Source: a virus. From it: 64,000 nt of DNA. Every line of letters starts with the position of its first letter. Position 1 is the first letter of the stretch. This document shows positions 29,346 to 39,532 of this stretch, piece after piece. The DNA is taken from the IMG/VR virus record IMGVR_UViG_3300030109_006070, positions 8,030 to 72,029 of that record. One strand, 5' to 3'. The notes beneath the pieces are model-generated. The model worked only from the letters and a program-made list of their open reading frames with translations, made no database searches and was not told the DNA's origin. The position numbers and the translations under genes are program-made.

Positions 29346-30194
29346 ATGAAAGTATTGTTTATATCTGACTTCACATTAGAACAGAGACAAGGGGGCGCTC
29401 AAGTCAGCAACAAAATTCTTATCGACAAAGGTAAAGAATTAGGTCTCGATATAAAAGAACACGATCATAATTCTTCGATTACTGATTTTTTTTCACACTA
29501 TGATCTAGTAATCAACTCTAATCTGGAAGCTATTAGTAAAATATCTCCAGAGAAAATGCCTTTAATATTAAAACTGCCTAACTCGTTTAGATTAGAGCAT
29601 GATTCTTGCAGTTATTTACAAGATGACGTAAGGTTAGAATTATTTTCCGCAGCAAATAGAACTTTCTTTTTAAGCGATTACCATTATAGTTTTTTTAAAG
29701 ATTTATACGGAGATTATTTTCATAATGTAGAAATAGTTTACGATGCAGTAGACACTTCAAAGTTCAAAAAATCTTCTGAAGAAAAAAAACATGATGTTGT
29801 TTACTGTGGTTATTTACACCCCTTAAAAGGCTTAAATAATTTACTTAGGTTTGCTAGCCAAAACCCTGACAGGAATATAGACATATTTGGATGGGGAGAG
29901 ATTTCTCCTGATAGGGTATTTAAAGATTATCCAAATATAAAATTTAATGGACCAAGGGATTATGCTGATATTCCAGCTATTTTACAATCAGCTAAAGCTA
30001 TTTTCCACCACCCAATCGTTAGGGAACCATTTTGTAGGATGGTAGGGGAAGCTATTTTATGTGGAGTGGAAGATATTATAGGTGACAAATCAAAAATAGG
30101 AGCTTATCTTGAGTTTGAGAAAGTGGGATATGATGCTTTTAAAAATAGCTGTGAAAACGCTCCGTCTTTATTTTGGGAAAAGATATTAAAATGA
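29346..30194 (+). CDS. Glycosyltransferase GT4-like
   Basis: GGAQ, GYLHPLKG and EPFCRMVGEAILCG motifs. Confidence 0.8.
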   Translation: MKVLFISDFTLEQRQGGAQVSNKILIDKGKELGLDIKEHDHNSSITDFFSHYDLVINSNLEAISKISPEKMPLILKLPNSFRLEHDSCSYLQDDVRLELFSAANRTFFLSDYHYSFFKDLYGDYFHNVEIVYDAVDTSKFKKSSEEKKHDVVYCGYLHPLKGLNNLLRFASQNPDRNIDIFGWGEISPDRVFKDYPNIKFNGPRDYADIPAILQSAKAIFHHPIVREPFCRMVGEAILCGVEDIIGDKSKIGAYLEFEKVGYDAFKNSCENAPSLFWEKILK

Positions 30195-31036
30195 ACTTTA
30201 TTTGTGGTACTTATTTTAAACACCAATGTCGTCTACAGTTAAGTAGTTACAACGACCCCAGAACTTCTGAATTCTTTCCTAAAGAAGATCAAGATTTAGA
30301 TAATAATTTTGTTTTTTGCAAACCAGAACATCTTTCTTTGTTAGACACATATGTTAAAATAGGCTCTATTAAATTAGCTGAAAAATTTAATTTAGTTACG
30401 CATAACTCTGACACCAATTTCGGACAACAAGAAATTGATTATGTTTTAAATTTATTTCCCAATATAGATACTTGGTATACTCAAAATCTTGTAGCTGCAC
30501 ACCCAAAGGTTAAACCAATACCTATTGGGATAGCCAATCCTAAATGGTCGCACGGGAACCAAGATAGGTTTGCTAAAATACAATTAAAAAAAGTAAGTAA
30601 ATTCCAAGAGGTATATGTAAACTTTAACATCTCTACAAATCCAAGAGCTAGACAAGAGTGCTTGGCGAAGATTGGGTTTCCTTACAATTTACAATTAGAA
30701 AAAAACTACCCAGACGCTTCTTCTATAAAAGCTCACGATAATTTTGTTGAATCAACCCAAGATAGGTATTTAAGCGACATGGCAGCTTCTTATTTTACCA
30801 TGTCTCCAGTAGGTAACGGTGTAGATTGTCATAAAACATGGGAGGCCCTCTACATGAAAAGCATACCTATTGTCACCCGCTGGCACGGTGCAGAAGAATT
30901 TAAAAAATTGGGAATTCCCATTGTTATTATTGATGACTGGTCTGAATTTAAAGATGTAGACCTTTCAGCAGATAACTATAAAAAAATATGGGGAGATTTC
31001 GACCCTAAGTGTCTTAATTTTAATTTATTTAAATAA
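30191..31036 (+). CDS. Exostosin/GT47-like glycosyltransferase
   Basis: LVTHNSD, PIPIG, SPVGNGVDCHKTWEALY..IPIV motifs. Confidence 0.7.
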   Translation: MNFICGTYFKHQCRLQLSSYNDPRTSEFFPKEDQDLDNNFVFCKPEHLSLLDTYVKIGSIKLAEKFNLVTHNSDTNFGQQEIDYVLNLFPNIDTWYTQNLVAAHPKVKPIPIGIANPKWSHGNQDRFAKIQLKKVSKFQEVYVNFNISTNPRARQECLAKIGFPYNLQLEKNYPDASSIKAHDNFVESTQDRYLSDMAASYFTMSPVGNGVDCHKTWEALYMKSIPIVTRWHGAEEFKKLGIPIVIIDDWSEFKDVDLSADNYKKIWGDFDPKCLNFNLFK

Positions 31037-31770
31037 TGAAAAAAGTAACTTATATTTTAAACACTTGGCAACGCCCCCATACTTTGAACGACCAAGTAAA
31101 AGCCATATCCAAACAAACAGTAAAATGTAATGAACTTATGATTTGGCAAAATATGCCAGAAAAAAAAGAAAACTCTTTTATAATTCAAGGCGAAGAAAAT
31201 AACTTAAAAGTTTCTCATAACAATTATAATTATGGAGTTTGGGCTAGATTTGCCTTCGCTCTTAATGCTAAATCAGACTACATCTGCTTGTTAGATGATG
31301 ACACAATCCCAGGACACAAATGGTCAGAGAATTGTATTGAGTCTATAGAAAAAGAAGACGGTTTATATGGAACAGTAGGAGTAATTTTTAATGATAAAAA
31401 ATATAAAGATTTTGAAAGGCATGGCTGGCCAAATCCAAACGAAGAAAAAAAACAAGTCGACATTGTGGGACACGCTTGGTTCTTCCACAGAGACTTATTA
31501 AGCGCTTTTTGGAGAGAAGTCAGCCCCCCCGTTAACAATATTTGCGGAGAAGATGTTCATTTTTCTTATTCAATCCAAAAATACTTAGGTCTTAATACAT
31601 ATGTACCACCTCACCCAAAAGACCGTTTATCTCTATGGGGTAGCCAACCTAAATCTGCTATGCAATATGGCGTGGATAATAACGCTATTTCCGTAAACTC
31701 TGACGGGATTGAATTTGGAGAATCTTTGACCCATTATTGCGACAAAGGATTTAAATTACTAAACGTATAA
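31036..31770 (+). CDS. Glycosyltransferase GT-A fold
   Basis: LLDDD (DxD) and GEDVHFS motifs. Confidence 0.75.
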   Translation: MKKVTYILNTWQRPHTLNDQVKAISKQTVKCNELMIWQNMPEKKENSFIIQGEENNLKVSHNNYNYGVWARFAFALNAKSDYICLLDDDTIPGHKWSENCIESIEKEDGLYGTVGVIFNDKKYKDFERHGWPNPNEEKKQVDIVGHAWFFHRDLLSAFWREVSPPVNNICGEDVHFSYSIQKYLGLNTYVPPHPKDRLSLWGSQPKSAMQYGVDNNAISVNSDGIEFGESLTHYCDKGFKLLNV

Positions 31771-32756
31771 TGAAAATTTTATTGTGTTTTGGGACTAGAC
31801 CTGAATGGTTAAAAATAAAGCCACTCACTAAAGTTTTAGATAATTACCAACTTCTTTTTACTGGTCAGCACACAGATCTTTTAAAAGATGTAAAAGCCGA
31901 CTATATTATCGAACAAAGCGATATCGGCAATAGGCTAGACCAAATCGTAGTGAGTTGTCTTGGTCAATTTCCTGCTGGGGATTTTGATTCTGTTTTAGTC
32001 CAAGGTGATACCGCTTCTGCTTTTGCTTGCGCTTTAGCCGCTTTTCATAGAGGTAAAAAAGTTTATTATCTAGAGGCTGGCCTTAGAACTTATAATCTTG
32101 ATCACCCTTATCCAGAAGAAGGGTATAGACAAATGATATCGAGAATATCAGATGTTAATTTGTGTCCGACTACCCTATCCAAAGACAATCTGCTGCATGA
32201 ACTAGTAAAAGGAGAATCTCATGTGGTCGGAAACACAGTGTTGGATAATTTATTACCCTACAAAGAAAAGTGCGAATATCACAATAAGGTTCTTGTCACT
32301 TTGCACAGAAGAGAAAATCATAAACTTATTGATAGCTGGTTTAAACAGGTTAATTTGCTTGCTAAAAACAACACGGATTTAGAATTTTTGTTACCACTAC
32401 ACCCTAACCCTAATGTTAAAAAACATAAACATTTATTAACTGACGTTAATGTTTTAGAACCCTTATCTCACCCTATGCTTTTAGATATTTTAGCTAAATG
32501 TAAATTAGTTATTAGCGATAGCGGTGGGATACAAGAAGAGGGCAGCTTTTTAAACAAAAAGATTATAGTTTGTAGAGAAACAACAGAAAGGCCTGAAGGC
32601 AAAAAATCTGGGCATATCTTTATTTGTAAAAAACCCGAGAGGCTACATGGAATTTTCAATATCCTAAAATATAATTACGAAATCGAAGAAGAGTGCCCAT
32701 ACGGAGACGGTTACTCTTCTTTAAAAATACTTAAATTACTCAATGAAGGACTTTAG
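31770..32756 (+). CDS. wecB: UDP-N-acetylglucosamine 2-epimerase
   Basis: GTRPE, TGQH, VQGDT, EAGLR, TLHRRE, SDSGGIQEE, TERPE, YGDG. Confidence 0.93.
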   Translation: MKILLCFGTRPEWLKIKPLTKVLDNYQLLFTGQHTDLLKDVKADYIIEQSDIGNRLDQIVVSCLGQFPAGDFDSVLVQGDTASAFACALAAFHRGKKVYYLEAGLRTYNLDHPYPEEGYRQMISRISDVNLCPTTLSKDNLLHELVKGESHVVGNTVLDNLLPYKEKCEYHNKVLVTLHRRENHKLIDSWFKQVNLLAKNNTDLEFLLPLHPNPNVKKHKHLLTDVNVLEPLSHPMLLDILAKCKLVISDSGGIQEEGSFLNKKIIVCRETTERPEGKKSGHIFICKKPERLHGIFNILKYNYEIEEECPYGDGYSSLKILKLLNEGL

Positions 32757-33984
32757 AGAAGACATATCTAATATTTATAAAAGGCTTAAAGAAAAAAAAC
32801 CTTTTGCTTTTTCTAAATATGCAGACGGTGAGTACAAAATTCTAGTTAATGAACCAATAACTAATTGTGACAATTGGACCTTTTGCCCCGAAACGCATAA
32901 GGCAGAGCAATCTCTTCTTTTAGAGTCTTTTAAATATAAACATCCTGATTATGTGGTCGGAATAAGCTGTCCATGCTGTCAACCAGTTGAGCATGTTGAT
33001 TGGATGAAAAAAACTGCTCGGGCTAAAAATTTAACTTGGGCGAATTTATTTGTTAATAGCAACTACGATTTTTTTACTAGAGAAATTATTCCTCTTTTTT
33101 CTTCTTGGGATAAAGAAGTTTTTCTTTTTGCTAACGAAGAAGGCCTCGGCAAAGATTTGCCTTTTAATGTAAGTAAATATTTTCCCCTCAACATGAAAGC
33201 TTGGCAAGAGCCATTTCTTTCTCATTGGATAGAGATAGGAGAGAAAAGAGCGAAAAACACAGAAGGAGCACTTTTTTTATTTTCAGGAGGCCCTCTTGGA
33301 AACATTTTAAGCTATAAACTGCATCAAGCAAACCCGTTAAACACTTACATAGACATAGGCTCTACGATAAGCCCTTGGATAGTTGGGAGCAATAGAGATT
33401 ATCATCATGGAGGCGCATCTAGAAATCAAAAATGCACATGGAGCCAAAAAGCAGATTTAGATTTTTCTGTTTTTAAGGGTGGGTGGTCCTACATGGCTGA
33501 AGAGATGAATAACGCGGTTTCTTTACTCCCTAAACAAAAGTCTTTAGATGTTATGGAGTTTGGGTGCGGCGATAGTTCTATTAAGTTATTTAACTTGCTG
33601 AATAATAAATGGGATGTTCGATACGAAGCTTTTGAATCTAATTCAAATTACATTATTGATAACTCAAAAATTAACTGCACTCATTATAACGAAGCAGAAA
33701 TTGAGAGTTTAGATATTGGAAATAAAAAATACGACTTTATACTAATTGATGGCCCGAATGGAGTTTTACGCAAACATTGGTATTCTAAAATTACCAACAA
33801 TGTCAAAAGAGGCACTATTATTCTAATAGATGATTGGTGTCATTTCGAAGAATTTGAGGAGGCGCTTGTTAATGATTTTGGATCTAAAATTAAATATGAA
33901 GTTATAGAAACGAGAAAAGAATTTGACATAAATTCAGCGCCGCATTTAGGATACAAAAGTTGGAAAATAGTAAAAGTTTTATGA
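32743..33984 (+). CDS. GT-D-like domain fused to SAM methyltransferase domain
   Basis: N-part FSKYADGE..GPLG..YIDIGS (GT-D-like); C-part VMEFGCGDS, LIDGP, IDD (class I methyltransferase). Confidence 0.6.
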   Translation: MKDFREDISNIYKRLKEKKPFAFSKYADGEYKILVNEPITNCDNWTFCPETHKAEQSLLLESFKYKHPDYVVGISCPCCQPVEHVDWMKKTARAKNLTWANLFVNSNYDFFTREIIPLFSSWDKEVFLFANEEGLGKDLPFNVSKYFPLNMKAWQEPFLSHWIEIGEKRAKNTEGALFLFSGGPLGNILSYKLHQANPLNTYIDIGSTISPWIVGSNRDYHHGGASRNQKCTWSQKADLDFSVFKGGWSYMAEEMNNAVSLLPKQKSLDVMEFGCGDSSIKLFNLLNNKWDVRYEAFESNSNYIIDNSKINCTHYNEAEIESLDIGNKKYDFILIDGPNGVLRKHWYSKITNNVKRGTIILIDDWCHFEEFEEALVNDFGSKIKYEVIETRKEFDINSAPHLGYKSWKIVKVL

Positions 33985-34667
33985 TTACGAATACGGTTTA
34001 CTCCCACAGTTCTTATTTTGATGTCTTAGAAATTTTCTTGGATCGGTGGAATTTATTTTATGGTGAAGATATAACTGTCTTCGCAGATAAAAAGTATAAA
34101 GACTACGACACTATTATCTATGATGATAAGTTAAGCTATACAGAAAGATTGATACAGTGTCTAGAAAACACAGACTGCGATATATTGCTCTATCAACACG
34201 AAGATATGTTTTTGTATAAGGAGCCTAATTCTAAAAAACTAAAAGATTATGAAAAAATATTAACTGATAGCAACAATTCTTTTATTAGACTAACTAAAGC
34301 TGGAGCTTGTAATTTTTCGAAAAGCCATTTATGCGAAACCTTATTAAATATTTCTAAAGATTCAAAAAATTTTTTTGCTGTTCAATCGGCACTTTGGAAA
34401 AAAGTTGATTTAATTAAATTTTTAAAAGAAGCGGGGTCTTTAAGCATATGGGATCTTGAGTGGACATCTCCTCAAATAAATACAAAAGCATCTTTGTTTG
34501 GTTTGTCTCATTTCGATAATGAGCCTCCAAGGGGAGGGCACTTTGACTCAAACGTATGGCCTTATATTGCCACAGCTATAAATAAAGGAAAATGGAATTT
34601 TGGAGAATATGAAAAAGAGTTTTCTGAAATAGATAAAGTTTTAATCAACAAAAGGCCAAGATATTAA
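33981..34667 (+). CDS. Putative glycosyltransferase
   Basis: QHEDMF, QSALWKK, SIWDLE, AINKGKW pattern of polysaccharide-locus GT-A-like proteins. Confidence 0.55.
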   Translation: MITNTVYSHSSYFDVLEIFLDRWNLFYGEDITVFADKKYKDYDTIIYDDKLSYTERLIQCLENTDCDILLYQHEDMFLYKEPNSKKLKDYEKILTDSNNSFIRLTKAGACNFSKSHLCETLLNISKDSKNFFAVQSALWKKVDLIKFLKEAGSLSIWDLEWTSPQINTKASLFGLSHFDNEPPRGGHFDSNVWPYIATAINKGKWNFGEYEKEFSEIDKVLINKRPRY

Positions 34668-34668
34668 G

Positions 34669-35265
34669 ATGGAAGAGTGGTGTATTGTTGTTCAGGGTCC
34701 ATCTGATTCTGTGTCAGAAATAAAAAGGTCAACCGAAGGTTATAAAACCATATTTTCTACATGGGTGGGTGACGAGCCTAAGTATTCTAAAGACGACGAT
34801 GTAATTTTTAATGAAAAACCCAAGGAGGTAGGAATCGGGAATTTGTATTATCAGCAGACATCGACAATGAACGGTTTGCTAAAAGCGCAAAAGTTAGGTT
34901 TTAAAAATGTTTTTAAAACAAGAAGTGATTTTATACCTACGAACATAAATGAACTTATTAAGGGCTTTACCCATAAATTAAATTTATTCTTTTGGCACAA
35001 TTATACTGGCGGTTATATTTGTGATTATTTTATGGCTGGAGAAACAGACTTAATGATAAAGTTGTGGAAAAAAAAGAGTGATGAAGGTTATAACTTCGCA
35101 GAACGCATGATAACCGAAAATTTCTTTGAAATGGGATTAAAAGAAGAAGACTTCGAATTTTATTTAAACAAACTCAATGAAAAAAATGACATTTTCTGGA
35201 CAAAATACGATAAATTTCTATCATCCTATAAGTCAGACGAGCTAGCTCTTGATTTTATAAAATGA
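34669..35265 (+). CDS. WavE-like polysaccharide biosynthesis protein
   Basis: IVVQGP, STW, N..YQ..ST.NGL, KTRSD, DYFMAG motifs. Confidence 0.7.
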   Translation: MEEWCIVVQGPSDSVSEIKRSTEGYKTIFSTWVGDEPKYSKDDDVIFNEKPKEVGIGNLYYQQTSTMNGLLKAQKLGFKNVFKTRSDFIPTNINELIKGFTHKLNLFFWHNYTGGYICDYFMAGETDLMIKLWKKKSDEGYNFAERMITENFFEMGLKEEDFEFYLNKLNEKNDIFWTKYDKFLSSYKSDELALDFIK

Positions 35266-35990
35266 ACAATAATTACAACAAAGACGCATTTTCTTCAAAT
35301 TCGGAAAGAAGATATAGCAACTGGGAAGGAACAGTGTTAAGCTATACTTTTGATTTTGTTAAAAAAATTGAGAACAAAATAGATCTAGAAAAAGTCAACC
35401 ATGTTTTAGATATTGGCTCCAGAGACGCTTGTCAAAGCTTAGAGCTATCTGACTGGTTCCCGAATTCTACGGTTCATTGTTTTGAACCAGTTCCAGAAAC
35501 TGCTGCTTGGTGTAAAAACAATATTAAAGATAGAAAAAATATTCTTTTTTATGAAAAAGCAATTGGTTCTATTGACGGCAGCGTTAAGTTCCACAAAGTG
35601 GTCAATGGAAATATAGGAGCCAGCTCTCTATATCGCACTAATAACGAGCATCACCATGCGCGAACTTGGGCACAAGAAGAAATTGAAGTTGAGTGTATTA
35701 GGGGAGATTCCTTTATAAAAGAAAACGCAATAAACCAAATTGATTTAATATGGATGGATGTACAAGGAGCGGAAATAGAAGTCTTAAACAGTTTTGGGAG
35801 CGACTTAGAAAACATTAAAGCTATTCATTCTGAAGTCGGATTGGGGAAAATATATGAAAAGTCGACTGTAAAAAATGAATTAATAAACTTTATGGAAGAC
35901 AAAGGGTTTGTAGTCGAATGTTGCCTGTCGAATGCTTTAGGGATTGAAGAAGATATTGTCTTTGTAAATAAAAAATTTATTTTAAAATGA
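35262..35990 (+). CDS. FkbM-family methyltransferase
   Basis: LDIGS, FEP, GASS, WMDVQGAE. Confidence 0.9.
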   Translation: MNNNYNKDAFSSNSERRYSNWEGTVLSYTFDFVKKIENKIDLEKVNHVLDIGSRDACQSLELSDWFPNSTVHCFEPVPETAAWCKNNIKDRKNILFYEKAIGSIDGSVKFHKVVNGNIGASSLYRTNNEHHHARTWAQEEIEVECIRGDSFIKENAINQIDLIWMDVQGAEIEVLNSFGSDLENIKAIHSEVGLGKIYEKSTVKNELINFMEDKGFVVECCLSNALGIEEDIVFVNKKFILK

Positions 35991-36745
35991 AAATTGCTTT
36001 TTGTATATCAGGGTTATTTAAACCCAGCACCACACATTCCGCAGCGTATGAAAATAAATTTGCATATTTAACTGAAAAGATAAAAGAATACAAGGCTGAT
36101 ACCTTTATATATTCTTTCTCTAAAGAAATCGAATCTGAAGTTGTTAACATCTTTGAACCAAAAGATTTTAAGTTCGAAGTACAGAAAGAATTTGAAGATA
36201 AAGTAGCCAATATAAATAGCATATTAGACAAAGGCACCGCGAAAAGAGTCTTTAGTATGTTTTATTCCAGAAAAAAGGTTTGCGAATTAAGAAAAAAGTT
36301 TGAAAAAGAAAATAAAACAAACTACGATGTGGTTGTTTTGTGCAGACCAGATTTAGGTTATGTATCTACCGAAAATTTTAAAATTCCAAATTTACATGAA
36401 ATAGACGCTGATTATCTATATTCGATGTATTGGAATCAATTCAACGCAGGAATGCCAGATTGGTTTTTCATTTCTAACCCTCAAAATATTGATTTTTTGT
36501 CGAGAATTTATGACAAGCTCCCATTATATTTAAAACATAACAGTGACTATAAAAAATCTATCACTAGTGGATTTCCATACAGCAATTCAGAAAACAGATT
36601 TTCTCAAGAAATATTCAATAAATCTCCTCGGCATTCTGAAAAAATAGACGAAATATACATGTTAAACCAGCATGTTTTGTTGAAATATTATTTATTAGAG
36701 AATGATAAATTTTCTTTAGACTTTTTAAAATTCTCTGACCATTGA
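35987..36745 (+). CDS. Putative glycosyltransferase (MKIAxCxSG family)
   Basis: MKIAFCISG, SMFYS, YDVVVLCRPD, DWFF motifs. Confidence 0.55.
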   Translation: MKIAFCISGLFKPSTTHSAAYENKFAYLTEKIKEYKADTFIYSFSKEIESEVVNIFEPKDFKFEVQKEFEDKVANINSILDKGTAKRVFSMFYSRKKVCELRKKFEKENKTNYDVVVLCRPDLGYVSTENFKIPNLHEIDADYLYSMYWNQFNAGMPDWFFISNPQNIDFLSRIYDKLPLYLKHNSDYKKSITSGFPYSNSENRFSQEIFNKSPRHSEKIDEIYMLNQHVLLKYYLLENDKFSLDFLKFSDH

Positions 36746-36746
36746 C

Positions 36747-37460
36747 ATGGATGACAAAATAACATTAAAAAACATTGAGCTATCTAAAGTGTCTCAAGAT
36801 TTATACGATGCCTTCAATAGCTTTATCTTGAGTGATGATACAAGACTATTCAATAAGCTTGTTTCAAGAGCCTTGTTATATAATGAAGTTAAGGATATCC
36901 CAGGAGATATAGTGGAATGCGGTGTTTTTAAAGGGACGGGCATGTATACATTTTTAAAACTAAAAAATATATTCAACCCTAATTCATCAAAAAAAGTTTT
37001 AGGATTTGATTTCTTTAATACTAAAGAATTAATGGACTCTATTTCTGACGAAACAGACAAAAATACAATGGATGTTTTATTCTCTGAAAGAGCCTTCGAA
37101 CACAAAGTTTCATTTAAAGAAAATCTCGCTAATCAAATACGCAATCATAAATTTACAGACTCTGACTTTATGTTAGTAGAAGGAGATATTTCTTCAACTA
37201 CAAAAGAATTTTCAGAAAAAAATCCTGGGTTTAAGATATCTCTCTTATACATGGATGTTGATTTAGAGACCCCCACTTATAATGCCTTGAATAACCTTTG
37301 GGACAATATGACAAAAGGAGGATTAATTGTTTTTGATGAATACGGCTATCATAAATGGAGTGAGTCAAAAGGTGTTGATAAGTTTATTAAAGAAAAAAAT
37401 TTAGACATAAAGTCTTTAAATTGTTTGTGTCCGACAGCTTATATAAAAAAACATGATTGA
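36747..37460 (+). CDS. TylF/MycF-family O-methyltransferase
   Basis: PGDIVECGVFKG, GFDFF, MDVDL, VFDEY, GVD. Confidence 0.88.
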   Translation: MDDKITLKNIELSKVSQDLYDAFNSFILSDDTRLFNKLVSRALLYNEVKDIPGDIVECGVFKGTGMYTFLKLKNIFNPNSSKKVLGFDFFNTKELMDSISDETDKNTMDVLFSERAFEHKVSFKENLANQIRNHKFTDSDFMLVEGDISSTTKEFSEKNPGFKISLLYMDVDLETPTYNALNNLWDNMTKGGLIVFDEYGYHKWSESKGVDKFIKEKNLDIKSLNCLCPTAYIKKHD

Positions 37461-38811
37461 TTTTGTTATATTTGATTTAGATGGAGTGTTGGTAGAGACC
37501 AAACACATTCATTTTGATGCTTTAAATAAAGCTCTGGCCGAAATTGATCCAAAATTTTGCATAAGCAAATCAGACCATTTGAATATCTTCGACGGTTTAA
37601 AAACCCGAGATAAGTTAAACATTTTAAGCGACTCTTTTGGCTTGCCACCACACACTCACGATAATATATGGCAAACCAAACAAAAAATTACTTCTGAAAA
37701 ATTTTCCACTATCAAACCTGATTTAAAATTAATTGAGGCTTTTAATTGGTTGCGCTCTCGTAATATAAAGATGGCGTGTTGCTCGAACGCCATCCGAAAA
37801 TCTGTTTACGGAATGCTTTGTCGCGCTGGCTTAATTGAATTCTTTGATTATATCTTATCCAATGAAGATGTAGAAAATTCAAAACCTCACCCTCAAATGT
37901 ATTGGGAGGCTATGTCGGCTTTTAAGGCCAACCCAGAAAATACATTAATTATTGAAGATTCTCCTAATGGCCTGTTAGCCGCTCAACGTAGTGGCGCTAA
38001 TGTCTGGAGAGTAAAAAGCCCACAAGAAATAACAATAAAAACTTTAACATCGCAGTTAAGCGGTAACAAAAAACTTATGACTACTCGTTGGCAAGATTCA
38101 AATTTAAACGTCTTAATCCCTATGGCGGGTGCGGGTAGCAGGTTCCAAGCCGCAGGATATACCTTCCCGAAGCCATTAATAGAAGTCAGAGGTCAGCCGA
38201 TGATTCAAACAGTTGTGGAAAACCTTAATTGTGAAAGCCCTCATACTTTTATTGTCCAAAAATCTCATCGTAACAAATATAATTTAGACACTCTTCTAAA
38301 TTTAATTTCTCCCGATTGCCATATTATAGAAGCAGACGGGATAACCGAAGGAGCGGCTTGCACTACACTGTTAAGTAAAGATGTCATCAATAACGATCAA
38401 CCTCTTTTGATCGCTAATTCAGATCAATACGTAGATTGGGATGCTAGCGAATTTTTGTATAAAATGCAGGAACAAGATGCTGACGCTGGAATCCTTACCT
38501 TTAAATCAACCCACCCCAAATGGTCTTTTGCTAAAGTTGACGATAACGGTAGCGTCACTGAAGTAGCGGAGAAAAATCCTATCTCTGATATAGCTACAGT
38601 TGGCATCTATTACTGGAAAAAAGGTTCTGATTATGTAAAATATACAGAGCAAATGATAGAAAAAAACATAAGACATAACAATGAGTTCTATGTATGCCCT
38701 GTTTTTAATGAGGCTATTAAAGACGGTAAAGTAGTTAAAACCTTTAATATAGAAAAGATGTGGGGTTTAGGAACCCCCGAAGATTTAGATTTTTTCTTAA
38801 AAAGCAATTAA
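37453..38811 (+). CDS. HAD phosphatase fused to sugar-phosphate nucleotidyltransferase
   Basis: FDLDGVL, KPHP, IEDS (HAD); LIPMAGAGSRF..PKPLI, NSDQ, EKNP, GTPEDL (NTP transferase). Confidence 0.9.
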   Translation: MIDFVIFDLDGVLVETKHIHFDALNKALAEIDPKFCISKSDHLNIFDGLKTRDKLNILSDSFGLPPHTHDNIWQTKQKITSEKFSTIKPDLKLIEAFNWLRSRNIKMACCSNAIRKSVYGMLCRAGLIEFFDYILSNEDVENSKPHPQMYWEAMSAFKANPENTLIIEDSPNGLLAAQRSGANVWRVKSPQEITIKTLTSQLSGNKKLMTTRWQDSNLNVLIPMAGAGSRFQAAGYTFPKPLIEVRGQPMIQTVVENLNCESPHTFIVQKSHRNKYNLDTLLNLISPDCHIIEADGITEGAACTTLLSKDVINNDQPLLIANSDQYVDWDASEFLYKMQEQDADAGILTFKSTHPKWSFAKVDDNGSVTEVAEKNPISDIATVGIYYWKKGSDYVKYTEQMIEKNIRHNNEFYVCPVFNEAIKDGKVVKTFNIEKMWGLGTPEDLDFFLKSN

Positions 38812-38815
38812 ATTT

Positions 38816-39532
38816 ATGACATTCTTAATTCCTTGCGCTGGTTTAGGCGCTAGATTCCATTCTAAAATCCCCAAGCCTCTTATTGAGGTTCTAGATGGTC
38901 GCCCGATGCTTGAGCTTGTATTAGAAAACTTAAGACAGCGAGAGGATGATCGGTTTATCTGCTGTATTCTCAAAGAACATGATTTAAAATTTAATCTTTC
39001 TCAAGAAATTAAAAAGTTTGCTCCTTATGTAGACATTTGCGTTGTAGAAAAACTAAAAGATGGCCCAGCTTCTACTTGTTATGAGGCGAAAGATCTAGTA
39101 GATCAGGACGATGAATTAATCATTATAAACTGCGATCAAATTATCGAAGATTTTAATATCGAGGCGTTTTTAAGATTTGCTCATTCACACGATTATGACG
39201 GCGTTTTAGGAACATTCTTTTCTCGCTCTCCTAAAAACAGTTATGTTAAATTAAACGATGACGGCCTTGTCGTCGAAGCTCAAGAGAAAAAAGTATTGAG
39301 CGAATACGCGACAAATGGGCTACATTATTGGAAGAAAACTTCCTATTTCTTTGATTCTTATCGTGTTATGGTCGAAAAAAACGCTCGCACTTTAAATGAA
39401 TTTTATGTAGCTCCTTCATATAATTATTTAATTAATGATGGAAAAAGAATTGGAGCTTATCACTTTAACGAGCATTATCCAATTGGAATACCAAGTGATT
39501 TAAATTATTATAAAAACTTTAAAACAAAATGA
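38816..39532 (+). CDS. Second sugar-phosphate nucleotidyltransferase
   Basis: LIPCAGLGARF..PKPLI, NCDQ, NEFYVAP, GIPSDL; paralog of the preceding C-domain. Confidence 0.85.
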   Translation: MTFLIPCAGLGARFHSKIPKPLIEVLDGRPMLELVLENLRQREDDRFICCILKEHDLKFNLSQEIKKFAPYVDICVVEKLKDGPASTCYEAKDLVDQDDELIIINCDQIIEDFNIEAFLRFAHSHDYDGVLGTFFSRSPKNSYVKLNDDGLVVEAQEKKVLSEYATNGLHYWKKTSYFFDSYRVMVEKNARTLNEFYVAPSYNYLINDGKRIGAYHFNEHYPIGIPSDLNYYKNFKTK

